64,000 nucleotides of DNA from an uncultured Gemmatimonadales bacterium (GTDB taxonomy: Bacteria; Gemmatimonadota; Gemmatimonadetes; Longimicrobiales; RSA9): the NCBI GenBank assembly GCA_963708135.1, contig OY970192.1, forward strand, positions 5,248,001 to 5,312,000, in the 5' to 3' direction. Position numbers and translations under genes: made by a program. Numbering within the stretch: position 1 is the stretch's first letter; every line of letters begins with the position of its first letter. Positions 39,342 to 50,533 of this stretch are shown here, piece after piece. Below the pieces are notes generated by a model. The model made no database searches, was not told where the DNA came from, and was given only the letters and a program-made list of their open reading frames with translations.

Positions 39342-42300
39342 TCACCTCTCCCGGGAGCGCGCCAGCGCCTTGAAGTACTCCTCCACGAGCTTGCGGAACC
39401 GCTCGGGCACCTCGCTGCCGCCCGACAGCATCACGTGCTCGCGCTCGCCCTGGATGTCGCGCCGGAGGCCGAACTCCAGCCGCTCGAGCCCGTCCACGAC
39501 GCCCTGTCGGAGCTGCGCGAGCGCTGCCGGGTCGCGGTACGGCTCGTCCGTCCCCAGCCGGCGCATCCGCTCGATCACCCGGTCCAGCCCGGCGACGTCC
39601 CGGCCCTCGGCCGCCATCTCCCGCCGCAGCGCCTCCGCGTCCGACACCCGCTCGCGTGCCTCCCGCTGGAACTGCCGGATCTCGCCCGGCGCGAAGCCGC
39701 CGGGCCGCCCGTCGGCGCCGCCCCCGCCGGGGGAGAAGCCGCCGCTGGCGGAATCCGCCCCCGCCCGGCCATCCCGCCCGGCGGCCGCCCCGCCGGCCTG
39801 CCCCTGCCGCCCCTGGCCGCCCCGGCCGGACTGTGCCGTGCCGGCCTGACCGCCTGCCTGGCCCGGCTGGCCGCGCGCCCCGTCCTGCCCGGCGGCCGGC
39901 TGCCCGCTCTGCCCGTTCGGCTGCCCCTGCCGCCCCGGCTCCAGCCGCCGCTCCCCTTCCGGCGCCGTGCCCTCCGCCCGCTGCCGCAGCCGTTCGCCGA
40001 GCGACGCCATTCCCTGCGCCAGCTCCTGCGCGTGCTCCAGCGTCTGCTCGGCCTTTCGCGCCCCCGCATCCGCCCGCGCCGCGGCGCCCGCCGCCTCCGC
40101 CACCCGCGTTCGCAGCGAGTCGAGGTCGGCGCTGATGTCGCCCTCGAGGCGCTCGCCGTACTCGCCGCCGCCGCCGCGCTGCACGAGCGCCCGCGAGAGC
40201 TTGATCTTGTCCTCCGTGCGGCGCTCCCGGATCCGGTTGGCGGCGTCGCGCAGCTTCTCCGCCGCGGCCGTGTCCCTGGCCTCCGCGTCGGCAGCCAGCC
40301 GGTCGAGCCGGCCCTCCAGGTCGCGTACTCCCGCGGCGAGGCGGTCCTTCCGCTCCGCCAGGCGACGCGCCTGCTCCGCGTCCGCCGCCCCCCGCCCGTT
40401 CAGCCCGCGCACGTCCCCGGCGATGCGGTGCTGCTCCGCCGCCAGCTCCTCCGCCTTCCGCCTCGCCTCGTCCGCGGCCTGCCCCAGCCGGTCGCCGCGC
40501 TCGCGCTGGAGCAGCCGGCGGGCCTCGTCGATCCGGTCACCGGCCGAGCGCGCGCCCGCACCCGACGGGTCGGCGGCGGCGCGGCGGATCGCGTCGGCCG
40601 CGTCGCGGAGCCGGCGGGCGCTCTCCTCGAGGTTGGCGTTCCGCTGCGGATTCTCGCGCGCGAGCCGCTCGAGCTTGTGCGCCTCCTGCTCGAGCTGGTC
40701 GGCCAGCTCCTTCTGCGACTGCGCGCCGCCGCCTCCGCCGCCCGGCTGCCCGCGCGCGAGCCTGCGCTGCCGCTCCGCGGCCTGCTGCTCGCGCCGCGCG
40801 AGCTCCTTCAGCCGCTCGAGCGTCTGGTCGAGCTCGCTCGAGGTCCGCTCGTCCTGCCCGCGCTGCACCGTCTCGTACTGGTCGCGCAGCCGGTCCATCT
40901 CGAGGTCGAAGAGGTCCGCCAGGTCCTCCGCCTCCGGGCTCTGCCCCTCGCCGCCGTTGGAGGCGCCCATGCTGACCTGCACGTCGTGGTAGACCGCCTC
41001 CGCCCGCTGGAGCTGCTGGAGCGCCTTCTGCTCCGGCGCGAGCGCATCGCGGTCCTTCTCCCCTCGCAGCAGGTCCTCCGCCTCCTTCATCGACGTCGCC
41101 GCCGCGGGCAGCAGCTTCGCGATCTCGCCGAACGCCGAGTCCATCCGCACCACGCCGCGCTCCTTCATGCGACGCGCGAGCGTCTCCACCTGCGCGCGCA
41201 CCCGCCCCTGCGCGAGCGCGATCGTCGTGCGGTGCTGGCCCGCCTCCTTCGTGCCCAGTGTCGGCCTGTCGCGCAGCAGGTTGAACGTCGCGGCGATGAC
41301 CTGCTTCTGCCGCTCCGAGAGCGAGCCCTCGTCCTCCTGCCCGCCGCCGCCCGGCATGCCGCGCTGCTCGGCCGCGCGGTACTCCTTCCGGAACGGGCGG
41401 ATCTGCACGAAGTAGATGTCGCTCGTGCCCGCCTTCCGCTTGCCGACGGCGTCGTTGTCGAGCGCGCGGGCGTAGTAGCTGATCACGTCGCCCGGCTGCA
41501 GCCCCAGCTCCTCGAGGTAGAGCGTATGGCCGGCGGAGACGGTCCTGAGCGGCTTCGACCCGCCCGTGTAGAGGGCCACGCTCTTCTGCTCGCCGCCGTT
41601 CACGCTGTAGACCAGCTCCAGGCGGCCGATGCCGTAGTCGTCCTCCGCGCGCGGCTGGAGGAACACCTCCTCGACCGGCGTCGCCCGCGTGTCGCGGCCC
41701 GGCTTCTCGAAGGAGACCGACGGCGCCCGGTCGTCGAGCACCGTGATCGTGTATTGCGGCGAGCCGACTACCGGCCTGCCGTCCGGGCCGCGCAGCTCGA
41801 TGCGGTAGATCCCGTCGCGGTCCACGGGCAGCGTCCCGGTGAGCGTGCCGTCCGGAGCGGCCCCGAGCGGGAAGGCGCGCCCGTCGCCGAGCACGATCCG
41901 GCCGGCCGGCGTCGGGCGGGTGGTCCAGACGCGGAGCCGCGTGCGCGTGCCCCGCAGCGCCGCCACGTCGCCTGCATCCTCGACCGTCCGCGGCGCGAGG
42001 CCGGTGTAGGCCGGGTAGTGGTACTCGAGCTCCAGCCGCCGCGTGTACGGCAGGTCCGCGACCTCGATCCTGAAGAGCGGCGAGCGTACGCCCGCCGCCT
42101 CGACGTAGTAGTCCGTGGCGCCGTCGAGGGCGAAGAGGACCGCCTCGGGCTGGCTGCCGCCCTCGGGCACCGTCATGGGGACGCGGTCGAAGCCTTCCCC
42201 CCCCTTCGAGCGCAGGACCAGCGAGACCTGGCCGCTCGTGAAGCCCGAGAGCGCGGCGCTCACGGTCACGTCCGCGCCCCGCGGGACCGTCGCGTTGCCG

Positions 42301-42914
42301 GGCGTCACCAGGATGCGGTACGGCGTGGCCGCCTCCGCCTGCCGCCACGGCTGGAGCAGCGCCGCCGCGCCGCTCCGGAAGAAGCCCGGCCCGGTGAGCA
42401 CGACCAGCAGCCCGATCACCGCCGTCGCCACGAGCGCGCCCGACGCGCGCCGGAGCGTCGCCCGCTCGATGCGCCGGCCATCGTCCACCGCGTGCGCCCG
42501 CTCGAGCGCGTCGCGCACCAGCCGGCGGAGCAGCGCGTCGGAGAGGTCCGCCCGTCCCCCCGGGTGGTCCCCGAGCTCCACCGCGCTGACCACCGCCGCG
42601 TTCAGCGAGGGCTCGTGTTCCTCCAGGTACAGCGCGACCTGCGCGTCCGAGGGCCGCCGCAGCTGCGGCACCACCCCGTACCACACGGCCAGCCCGGCCA
42701 GGACGAGGTAGGCGAGGACGCGGAACACGGTGATCGATCCGGGCGAGAACGCCGCGTGCTGCAGCGCCCACGAGCCCACGAGAACCGCCGCCACGCCGGC
42801 GGCGAGAAGGATGGCCCCCGCCCGCGCCGCCAGCCGCAGCCGCCAGCGCCGCCGCACCTGCCGGATGATCCGGACCAGCTCGCTCCTCGCGCCCGCTTCA
42901 TCGTGGCCGAGCAT
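39342..42914 (-). CDS. DUF4175-like large membrane-anchored coiled-coil protein
   Basis: N-terminal TMs, YPAYTGL, DDYGI, GDVISYY, long coiled coil, terminal VPERFRKLVEEYFKAL. Confidence 0.8.
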   Translation of the reverse strand: MLGHDEAGARSELVRIIRQVRRRWRLRLAARAGAILLAAGVAAVLVGSWALQHAAFSPGSITVFRVLAYLVLAGLAVWYGVVPQLRRPSDAQVALYLEEHEPSLNAAVVSAVELGDHPGGRADLSDALLRRLVRDALERAHAVDDGRRIERATLRRASGALVATAVIGLLVVLTGPGFFRSGAAALLQPWRQAEAATPYRILVTPGNATVPRGADVTVSAALSGFTSGQVSLVLRSKGGEGFDRVPMTVPEGGSQPEAVLFALDGATDYYVEAAGVRSPLFRIEVADLPYTRRLELEYHYPAYTGLAPRTVEDAGDVAALRGTRTRLRVWTTRPTPAGRIVLGDGRAFPLGAAPDGTLTGTLPVDRDGIYRIELRGPDGRPVVGSPQYTITVLDDRAPSVSFEKPGRDTRATPVEEVFLQPRAEDDYGIGRLELVYSVNGGEQKSVALYTGGSKPLRTVSAGHTLYLEELGLQPGDVISYYARALDNDAVGKRKAGTSDIYFVQIRPFRKEYRAAEQRGMPGGGGQEDEGSLSERQKQVIAATFNLLRDRPTLGTKEAGQHRTTIALAQGRVRAQVETLARRMKERGVVRMDSAFGEIAKLLPAAATSMKEAEDLLRGEKDRDALAPEQKALQQLQRAEAVYHDVQVSMGASNGGEGQSPEAEDLADLFDLEMDRLRDQYETVQRGQDERTSSELDQTLERLKELARREQQAAERQRRLARGQPGGGGGGAQSQKELADQLEQEAHKLERLARENPQRNANLEESARRLRDAADAIRRAAADPSGAGARSAGDRIDEARRLLQRERGDRLGQAADEARRKAEELAAEQHRIAGDVRGLNGRGAADAEQARRLAERKDRLAAGVRDLEGRLDRLAADAEARDTAAAEKLRDAANRIRERRTEDKIKLSRALVQRGGGGEYGERLEGDISADLDSLRTRVAEAAGAAARADAGARKAEQTLEHAQELAQGMASLGERLRQRAEGTAPEGERRLEPGRQGQPNGQSGQPAAGQDGARGQPGQAGGQAGTAQSGRGGQGRQGQAGGAAAGRDGRAGADSASGGFSPGGGGADGRPGGFAPGEIRQFQREARERVSDAEALRREMAAEGRDVAGLDRVIERMRRLGTDEPYRDPAALAQLRQGVVDGLERLEFGLRRDIQGEREHVMLSGGSEVPERFRKLVEEYFKALARSRER

Positions 42915-42918
42915 CGCG

Positions 42919-44982
42919 CTACCCTCCCGCCCGGGACAGGCGGTTCGAGACCAGCGTCTCCGCGGCGAACGCCGCGAAGGCCGCAAAGAGGAGGTACCAC
43001 CACCACCCCTGCCGGCGCTCGCGCTCCTCGGGGCCGCTCACGGCGGACTCCGCCGCTGGCGCCGCCTTGCCCGGCACCGTGGCCGCCGCGGCGAGCTCCT
43101 TCGGGTCCACCCGCGCCAGGTCCGATTCGGCCACGTCGAGGTTCGCCGCCAGCACCGCCGCCGGCCGCGCCGCGCCCGCCGCGCGCACCTCGTAGTAGCC
43201 CTGCTCGGCCAGCCGCACGGTGTGCGCCTCCGCGCCCCGCAGCGGGATGCGCCCGCCGGATGGCGTCAACAGGACGGTGGACCCGGAGGCCGGGTCCGGA
43301 CCCGCTCTCCCCGCCGCCGAGACATCGACCACCTCGCCCACCGTCGCCCACGGCCGCGGCGCCGTCCGGCCCGATGCGTAGCGCGCGAGTCCCTGCACGA
43401 ACGGCAGGAACACCGGCTGGAGGGCGAGGTCGTTCCAGAACGTGTCCAGTGTGGACGCCCACAGCAGCACCCGCCCCCGCCCGACGCTCCGCTCCACGAG
43501 CGCGGGCGCGCCATCCTCGAAGCGCGCGAGCACGGTGGCGGAGTCCGCCGGCGTGACCGGCCGGCGGCGGTAAAAGCGCGCGGCCGAGAAGTCGCCGCCG
43601 TGCGGCGTGGAGAACGGCTCGAAGACCGGGTGCGCGAAGTCGATCCGCCCGAGGGCGACGCCGTCCCCACCATCCGCCGGCGCGCCGAAGCGCCCGGGCA
43701 GCAGCGCGTCCATCCCGTCGGCCCGGCTGTCCTCCCCCAGCACCACGATGAGGCCGCCGCCCGCCCGTACCCACGCCTCCAGCCGGCGCCCCGCCTCCCC
43801 GCCGGGAAACGCCGCATCGTCCAGCACGACCACGCCCGTGCCCGCCAGCTCCGGGCCCCGGAAGCGCCGGGCCGGCTGCGCCGCCACCCGGAACCCGGGC
43901 GGCTCGCTGATCGAGAGCGCGCGGCGCAGATAGAGGCTGCGTGTGCCGTCCGGCCCATCGAGCACCAGCACGGGCAGCGCCTGGCCTGGCGAGAGCACGA
44001 AGTGGAACGCATCGTCCGCTGGCAGCGCATCGGCCGCGGCACGCACGGTGCCGCGCGTGTCCGGCTCCGAGAGGATGAACGGCGCGAACGTGACCGCGCC
44101 GGCACCGTTCGCGGCCAGATCGAGCGTGCTCGTTTCCGCCGCCCGGCCGTTCAGCTCGAGCGTGACCCGCAGCCCGCGGACGGCCGCCTCACCGCGGCTG
44201 GCCAGGCGCGCCGTCGCGGTGACGCGCTCCGCCGCGCCGCTCGTGCCTGCGCCGCCGGTGATCCGCTCGCGCCGGAAGCTCACGCCGGTGACGGTCACGT
44301 TCGGTGCGCGCGCGGCGCCGACCGGAAGCGGCGTGAGCACGGCGCCGGCCGGCAGGCGTGCCCCCTCCGCGCCGTTCCAGCCGCTCTTCTGGAAGTCCGA
44401 GATCAGCACGGCCTCGCGGCGGGCGAGCGTGGAGGCCGCCAGGATGCCGCCGGCCAGCTTGAGCGCGGGCGCGTAGCGCGTCGCCCCCGACCCTACGCGC
44501 GCCGTGTCGAGCGCGGCGACGAGCGCCGCGCGGTCGCGCGTCGGCCGGGTCGCGGCGCTCGCCTGCGCGTCGAAGAGGATGAGGCTCGCGCGGTCGTCCG
44601 GGCCGAGCCCCTCGATCGTGCGCCTCGCCGCCGCCTTCGCCTCATCCCAGCGCCCCGCGTAGCCCATGCTCCAGGAGCGGTCCACGAGGATCGCCACCGC
44701 GCGCGCTCCGCCCGCCGGCGCCGCCATGGCGCCGGGCCGGTCGAGGAACGGGCGCGCGAACGCGGCGGCCAGCAGCACGAGCGCCGCGCACCGGAGCAGC
44801 AGCAGCGCCCAGTGCCGGATCCGCTGCCGGCGCACGGTCCGATACGGGATGCGCTGGAGGAACATGAGCGAAGGGAAGCGTACCACCTGCTTCCGCTCCC
44901 GGTGGATGAGGTGCACCACCACCGGGACGGCCAGGGCGGTGAGCCCCAGCAGGAACGCGGGCGCGAGGAAGGCGAGGCTCAT
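42919..44982 (-). CDS. BatA-domain / VWA protein
   Basis: FLAPAFLLGL..PVVVHLI..RFPSLMFL, MIDAS DRSWSM, LISDFQ, C-terminal TM. Confidence 0.9.
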   Translation of the reverse strand: MSLAFLAPAFLLGLTALAVPVVVHLIHRERKQVVRFPSLMFLQRIPYRTVRRQRIRHWALLLLRCAALVLLAAAFARPFLDRPGAMAAPAGGARAVAILVDRSWSMGYAGRWDEAKAAARRTIEGLGPDDRASLILFDAQASAATRPTRDRAALVAALDTARVGSGATRYAPALKLAGGILAASTLARREAVLISDFQKSGWNGAEGARLPAGAVLTPLPVGAARAPNVTVTGVSFRRERITGGAGTSGAAERVTATARLASRGEAAVRGLRVTLELNGRAAETSTLDLAANGAGAVTFAPFILSEPDTRGTVRAAADALPADDAFHFVLSPGQALPVLVLDGPDGTRSLYLRRALSISEPPGFRVAAQPARRFRGPELAGTGVVVLDDAAFPGGEAGRRLEAWVRAGGGLIVVLGEDSRADGMDALLPGRFGAPADGGDGVALGRIDFAHPVFEPFSTPHGGDFSAARFYRRRPVTPADSATVLARFEDGAPALVERSVGRGRVLLWASTLDTFWNDLALQPVFLPFVQGLARYASGRTAPRPWATVGEVVDVSAAGRAGPDPASGSTVLLTPSGGRIPLRGAEAHTVRLAEQGYYEVRAAGAARPAAVLAANLDVAESDLARVDPKELAAAATVPGKAAPAAESAVSGPEERERRQGWWWYLLFAAFAAFAAETLVSNRLSRAGG

Positions 44983-45902
44983 CGCCGGCGGGCCCGCAGC
45001 AGCCGGGTGCGCGTGGACAGAAAGACGAACAGCGCCTGGTCCAGTGGCTTCGAGGTGTCCAGCAGCGCGTAGTCGATCCGCTCGTTGGCGAAGAGCCGGC
45101 CCAGCGCGTCCGTGTGAGAGCGGATCATCGCCCGGTACTGCGCCCGCATCTGCTCCGGCACCACCGGGATCCGCTCGCCGCTCTCGAGGTCTTCGAACGT
45201 CGAGGCATCGCCGAACGGGAACTCCAGCTCCGCCGGGTCCAGCACGTGGAAGACGACGATGTCGCTCCCCCTGCCGCGCAGCTGCCGCACCGCCGCGACC
45301 GCCGCCTCCGGCTCCTCGTAGAAGTCCGAGATGACGGCCACCAGGCCCCGCCGGCGCACGCCCTCCGCGAGCCGCGCGAGCGTGGCCGCGAGCGTGCCGG
45401 CGCGGCCGGGGCGGAGCCGGTCGAGCGCGTGGAGCAGCACGTCCAGGTGCCTGGCCGCGGGCGGCACGTGATCGACGAGGTCCCGGTCGAACGCGGTGAG
45501 CCCCACCCGGTCGCGCTGCCGGTGCGCGAAGTACGCCAGCGTCGCCGCCAGGTAGCGCGCGTAGTCCAGCTTGGTCACCGCGCCGCTGCCGTAGCCCATC
45601 GACGCGGAGGCGTCCAGCGCCACCACGAAGTTGGCGTTCGTGTCCGCCTCGAACTGCTTCACGTAGTAGCGGTCCGTGCGCGCGAAGAGGCGCCAGTCCA
45701 CGCGCCGGATGTCATCGCCCGGCATGTAGGCGCGGTGCTCCGCGAAGTCGAGCGAGAGACCCAGGTACGGCGAGCGGTGCAGCCCGTTGATGAAGCCGTC
45801 CACCACCGTCCTCGCCACCAGCTCGAGGTTGTCGATGCGCGCCAGCGCGGCCGGATCGATGAAGCGCGCTCCGGGGCTCGCGGAGAGGTGCGCTCGGGCC
45901 AT
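44979..45902 (-). CDS. DUF58 protein
   Basis: DFAEHRAYMPGDDIRRVDW, LDASASM, VISDF. Confidence 0.95.
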   Translation of the reverse strand: MARAHLSASPGARFIDPAALARIDNLELVARTVVDGFINGLHRSPYLGLSLDFAEHRAYMPGDDIRRVDWRLFARTDRYYVKQFEADTNANFVVALDASASMGYGSGAVTKLDYARYLAATLAYFAHRQRDRVGLTAFDRDLVDHVPPAARHLDVLLHALDRLRPGRAGTLAATLARLAEGVRRRGLVAVISDFYEEPEAAVAAVRQLRGRGSDIVVFHVLDPAELEFPFGDASTFEDLESGERIPVVPEQMRAQYRAMIRSHTDALGRLFANERIDYALLDTSKPLDQALFVFLSTRTRLLRARRR

Positions 45903-45964
45903 GGTGGCTTCCCTGGTTCGGGGCTTCGGTTCGCGGGTGCCCGGCGGGCGCCCCGCGTCGCCTG

Positions 45965-46981
<1,017 letters not shown>

Positions 46982-46993
46982 CCTGCCTTTATA

Positions 46994-47045
46994 CCGCAGT
47001 TAGTAGTGCCGCAGTTGGCAGTGCCGCAGTTGGCAGTGCCGCAGT
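46994..47045. repeat. 15-bp tandem repeat x3.5 in an intra-operon spacer
   Basis: CCGCAGTT(A/G)G(T/C)AGTG units. Confidence 0.9.
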
Positions 47046-47063
47046 CCTCGGTGGTCTCCCCCC

Positions 47064-47915
47064 TCAATGCGTCATTGCATACACGATATAGTTGATTCCC
47101 AACTTGTACGCCTCATTCGACAAATCAATGGGCAGGAACCCCGTGTTCGACCACTCCCAGTACTCGCTCACGTCGTTGTTGTAGTTGACGATCGCCAGCA
47201 TCCGCCCCTTCGGGTCGTTCTTCTCGAACAAACCGTAGAACACCGGCTTGTACTGCCGAAACGTCGGCGCCTGGAAGTCCAGCGATGCGATGTCGAAGAA
47301 GGAGTGGAAGATCGGGTGCGAGACGTCGAGCGGCACCGGATCGATCCCCGGCAGGACCCGGTGCAGCTGCGTGATGAAGTTCGCCCAGTCGCCGCCCCGG
47401 AAGTCGTCGAAGATGATGAAGCCGCCCTTCAGCAGGTAGTTCCTGAGCCCCACCACCTCCTTGTCCGTCGGACCCCAGTAGCCCGCCTCGCACAGGTACG
47501 CGATCGGGAACTCGTCCAGCTTCGCATCGTCCGCCATGAAGATCTCGCTCGCGTCCAGCACCGGCTCGATCGACGTCACCTCGCTCACGATCTTCGCCAG
47601 GTGCCGCTCCGCGCGCGGGTAGTCGTGCTCCCACACCTGCAGCCGGTCCCGGAAGAACTCGTAGTAGCCGCGGCTGTTGGCGGTGTAGCGGATGCGCGTG
47701 ACCGTATAGCGGCCGTTGTAGGGGATGTTGGCGTCCTGCGGCAAGCCGCCGCCCGCCGTGCGCCTGCCCGGTATCAGCGCAGCCCGGAAGGCGACGCGCC
47801 CGCCCGCGAGTCTCGCCGCGCCCGCCGCATCCCGCGCCCCGCGTCCCGCATCCCGCGACCCGCTGCCCGCCGCGAGCGCGACCGCCGCCGCCAGAACGAG
47901 CCCCACGACTCTCAT
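47064..47915 (-). CDS. DUF4159 protein
   Basis: DYPRAE, LRNYLLKGGFIIFDDF, HPIFHSFFDI, LGINYIVYAMTH. Confidence 0.9.
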   Translation of the reverse strand: MRVVGLVLAAAVALAAGSGSRDAGRGARDAAGAARLAGGRVAFRAALIPGRRTAGGGLPQDANIPYNGRYTVTRIRYTANSRGYYEFFRDRLQVWEHDYPRAERHLAKIVSEVTSIEPVLDASEIFMADDAKLDEFPIAYLCEAGYWGPTDKEVVGLRNYLLKGGFIIFDDFRGGDWANFITQLHRVLPGIDPVPLDVSHPIFHSFFDIASLDFQAPTFRQYKPVFYGLFEKNDPKGRMLAIVNYNNDVSEYWEWSNTGFLPIDLSNEAYKLGINYIVYAMTH

Positions 47916-50533
47916 GGTCTCTCCTCCGCATGCAGCCGCAGCAGAAGCGCCTGCGCCTTTTGGAAGTCCGGCGCCGCCTCGAGCGAGCGCAGCACCTGCG
48001 TCCGGGCGCCCGCCGCGTCGCCCGCCTGGTACAGCGCGAGCGCCAGCTGGTAGAGCGCCTCCGCGCGGTCGGCCGGCGCCAGCGCGACGACCGCCCGCCG
48101 CTCGCGTACCGCGCGGCCCCGGTCGGCGAGCCCCGCGTACAGCTCCGCCAGGTGGCCGTGCACGGTCGCGTCGTACGGCCAGATGTAGAGCGCCCCGTCG
48201 AGCGCAGCCGCGGCCCCGGCCCTGTCCCCCAGCCGCTCGAGCAGCGTGTCCAGCGCGAGCCGCGCGCCGTAGGCCGACTCGTTGCGCGCGACCAGCGCCG
48301 TGAGCTCGTCCGCCGCCTGCCGGATCTCCCCCCGCTGCTCGTGAATCCGGGCCAGCAGCGCGTACGCGCTCCCCGGGCCGGCGTAGTCCGGGAAGAGCGC
48401 CTTCGCGCGCTCGAGGTGCGCGGCGGCCGCGTCGCCTTGCCCCGCCTGGCGCAGCGCCGTGCCCCGCCGCATCTCGTCCACGAAGCCCGCGCCCAGCGCG
48501 CTCGCGAACCGCTGCCGCACGTATCTGTCGAATGTCCGGTCGAACGCCCCGGGTTCCACGCCGAGCACCTCGCGGAACACCTTCGCATCGCCATCGCCGC
48601 GGGCGTACGCGTGCAGCATGCGGAGCAGCGCGTCCCTGCCGTGCTCCTGCTCGATCAGCTCGACCACGAGCGACGCCTCGTAGTACGAGTGCACCACCTG
48701 CTCGGGGTACGTCGGCCGCACGAAGCCGTCATTCAGCCGGCTGACGGGCGCGAGCCGACCGGCCTGGAACGCCGCCAGCCAGCCCGGGTCGGGCATGAAC
48801 CCCCAGCCCGGCCGCGCGCGCCGCTCCTCGTAGACCGCCAGCCCCTCCGTGAACCAGCGCGGCACCCGCGCGTCCGTCATCCCGAGGTGGAACACGTGCG
48901 CCATCTCGTGCCACAGCGTCGAGCCCCAGTTGAAGTCGCCCGGCTCGCGCGCCGCCGGGGAGTCCATGGCGACGACGCGCCCGAACGTCACCCCCAGCGC
49001 GCCCAGCCCCACGAGCCCCACGGTGCGCACCGAGAAGTCCGCGTGGCGCGGGTAGATCTCGATGCGCACCGGCGTCCTCGGCCGGTAGCCGTAGCGCGCC
49101 GCGAGCTTGCGGTAGGCCTCCTCCGCCAGCGCCTCCGCGTACGGCGCGAGCAGGTCCGCCTCCTTCCCGTTGATCACCAGCTCGAAGTCCGGCGTGCGGA
49201 CGTCGCGGTAGTCCTTGAACGTGTCCAGCAGGTCCAGCGTGTTCTTGTACCAGACGTTGTACGGGTCGCGCGTGAACGCCGCCTCCAGGCTCGCCCTGGC
49301 CGAGTTGACCAGCCCCAGCCGCAACTGGTTGAGCCCCAGGATCCCCAGCGCCCGCGGCGACTCCGGGTCCACCCCGAGCGCCCGCCGCGCCAGCTCCGCT
49401 GCCGCCCGGTAGCGCCGCCCCTGCACGCTCATCTCCGCCGCGGTGCAGAAGAAGTCCGCGTCCTTCGGGTCCAGCGCGAACGCCCGGCGCCTCGCCTCCT
49501 CGAAGCCCGCGCGGTCGCCGCGCATCTCCCGGATCGCGCCCAGCACCGCCAGCGCGTCCCGCGACGCCGGGTCCACCTCGAGCGCCCGCCCCACCTCCGC
49601 CTGCGCCGTGTCCCACGCCTCCCCCGCCGCCGCGAGCCGCGCCAGGAACAGGTGCGCCGGCACGAGGTTCGGGTTCGTCTCGAGCGCCTTCCGCGCCGAT
49701 TCCGCCGCGCCCGGCTGAGCGTCGAACTGGAGCACGCGCGCCATGTCCAGCAGCGCCCGCGGCTGGCGCGGGTTCACCGCCAGCACCTCGCGGAAGGACT
49801 TCTGCGCGTCCGCCCCGTTGTAGCGGTCGAGGAACAGCTCCCCCGCGAGCAGCCGCGGCTCCAGCTCCAGCGTGTCCGCCGCCGCCGCCTCGTCGTACGC
49901 CCGCAGCGCATCCTTGTAAAGCTGGGGATCGTCCTCCCCCAGCCAGCGCACCGCCGTCCCCACCGCCGCGAGCTCCGCCGCCCCCAGCCGCTGCCCCGAG
50001 TTGTAGACGTCGATGAAGCGGTCGAACGCCCGCTTCGCCGCCGCGCGATCCCCGCGCTCCCGCAGGAGCACCGCCAGGTTCAGCTCCGCCACCAGCCGGT
50101 CCGACGCTCCGCGCTCGATGGCCAGCCGGAACGTCTGCTCCGCCGCCTCCCGCTTCCCCCGCGCCGCCAGCACCTCGCCAAGCGCGTTCAGCGCCTCCGG
50201 CGACGATGCCGCCGCCGCCCGTGCCGCGCTCTCCGCCTCCTCGTACCGCCCCACCTCCATCAGCGCCCGCACCAGCCCCCGGGTGGCGGCCACCGGCCCG
50301 GTGCCCGAACGCGAAAGAGCTCGGAACGCCGAGATCGCCTCGTCGTAGCGCCCCGCCCGCAGCGCCCCCCGCGCCGCGACGAGCGCGGGCGAGGCCGGCG
50401 ACGCCGGCGCGGCGAGCGTGCGCTGTGCCCGCAGCGGAGTGCCGGGAGCGCCGAAGAGCGCGAGCCACCCGATGGCGCCGACCGCCGTGACGAGCGCGCG
50501 CGTCCCACGCCCTCTCGCCGTCCGTGCCGTCAC
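47912..50533 (-). CDS. Secreted TPR protein with a central HExxH peptidase MA-like domain
   Basis: Signal peptide, many TPRs, TLWHEMAHVF...VPRWFTEGLAVYEE. Confidence 0.88.
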   Translation of the reverse strand: MTARTARGRGTRALVTAVGAIGWLALFGAPGTPLRAQRTLAAPASPASPALVAARGALRAGRYDEAISAFRALSRSGTGPVAATRGLVRALMEVGRYEEAESAARAAAASSPEALNALGEVLAARGKREAAEQTFRLAIERGASDRLVAELNLAVLLRERGDRAAAKRAFDRFIDVYNSGQRLGAAELAAVGTAVRWLGEDDPQLYKDALRAYDEAAAADTLELEPRLLAGELFLDRYNGADAQKSFREVLAVNPRQPRALLDMARVLQFDAQPGAAESARKALETNPNLVPAHLFLARLAAAGEAWDTAQAEVGRALEVDPASRDALAVLGAIREMRGDRAGFEEARRRAFALDPKDADFFCTAAEMSVQGRRYRAAAELARRALGVDPESPRALGILGLNQLRLGLVNSARASLEAAFTRDPYNVWYKNTLDLLDTFKDYRDVRTPDFELVINGKEADLLAPYAEALAEEAYRKLAARYGYRPRTPVRIEIYPRHADFSVRTVGLVGLGALGVTFGRVVAMDSPAAREPGDFNWGSTLWHEMAHVFHLGMTDARVPRWFTEGLAVYEERRARPGWGFMPDPGWLAAFQAGRLAPVSRLNDGFVRPTYPEQVVHSYYEASLVVELIEQEHGRDALLRMLHAYARGDGDAKVFREVLGVEPGAFDRTFDRYVRQRFASALGAGFVDEMRRGTALRQAGQGDAAAAHLERAKALFPDYAGPGSAYALLARIHEQRGEIRQAADELTALVARNESAYGARLALDTLLERLGDRAGAAAALDGALYIWPYDATVHGHLAELYAGLADRGRAVRERRAVVALAPADRAEALYQLALALYQAGDAAGARTQVLRSLEAAPDFQKAQALLLRLHAEERP

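Noticed and set aside
39435..43556. 1373-aa plus-strand ORF and other long antisense or alternate-frame ORFs (e.g. 10610..13492, 15451..18099, 47930..50902, 51888..54311)
   Set aside because: Shadow ORFs of real genes in high-GC DNA: Arg/Pro/Ala-rich, no motifs, and fully overlapping recognisable CDS
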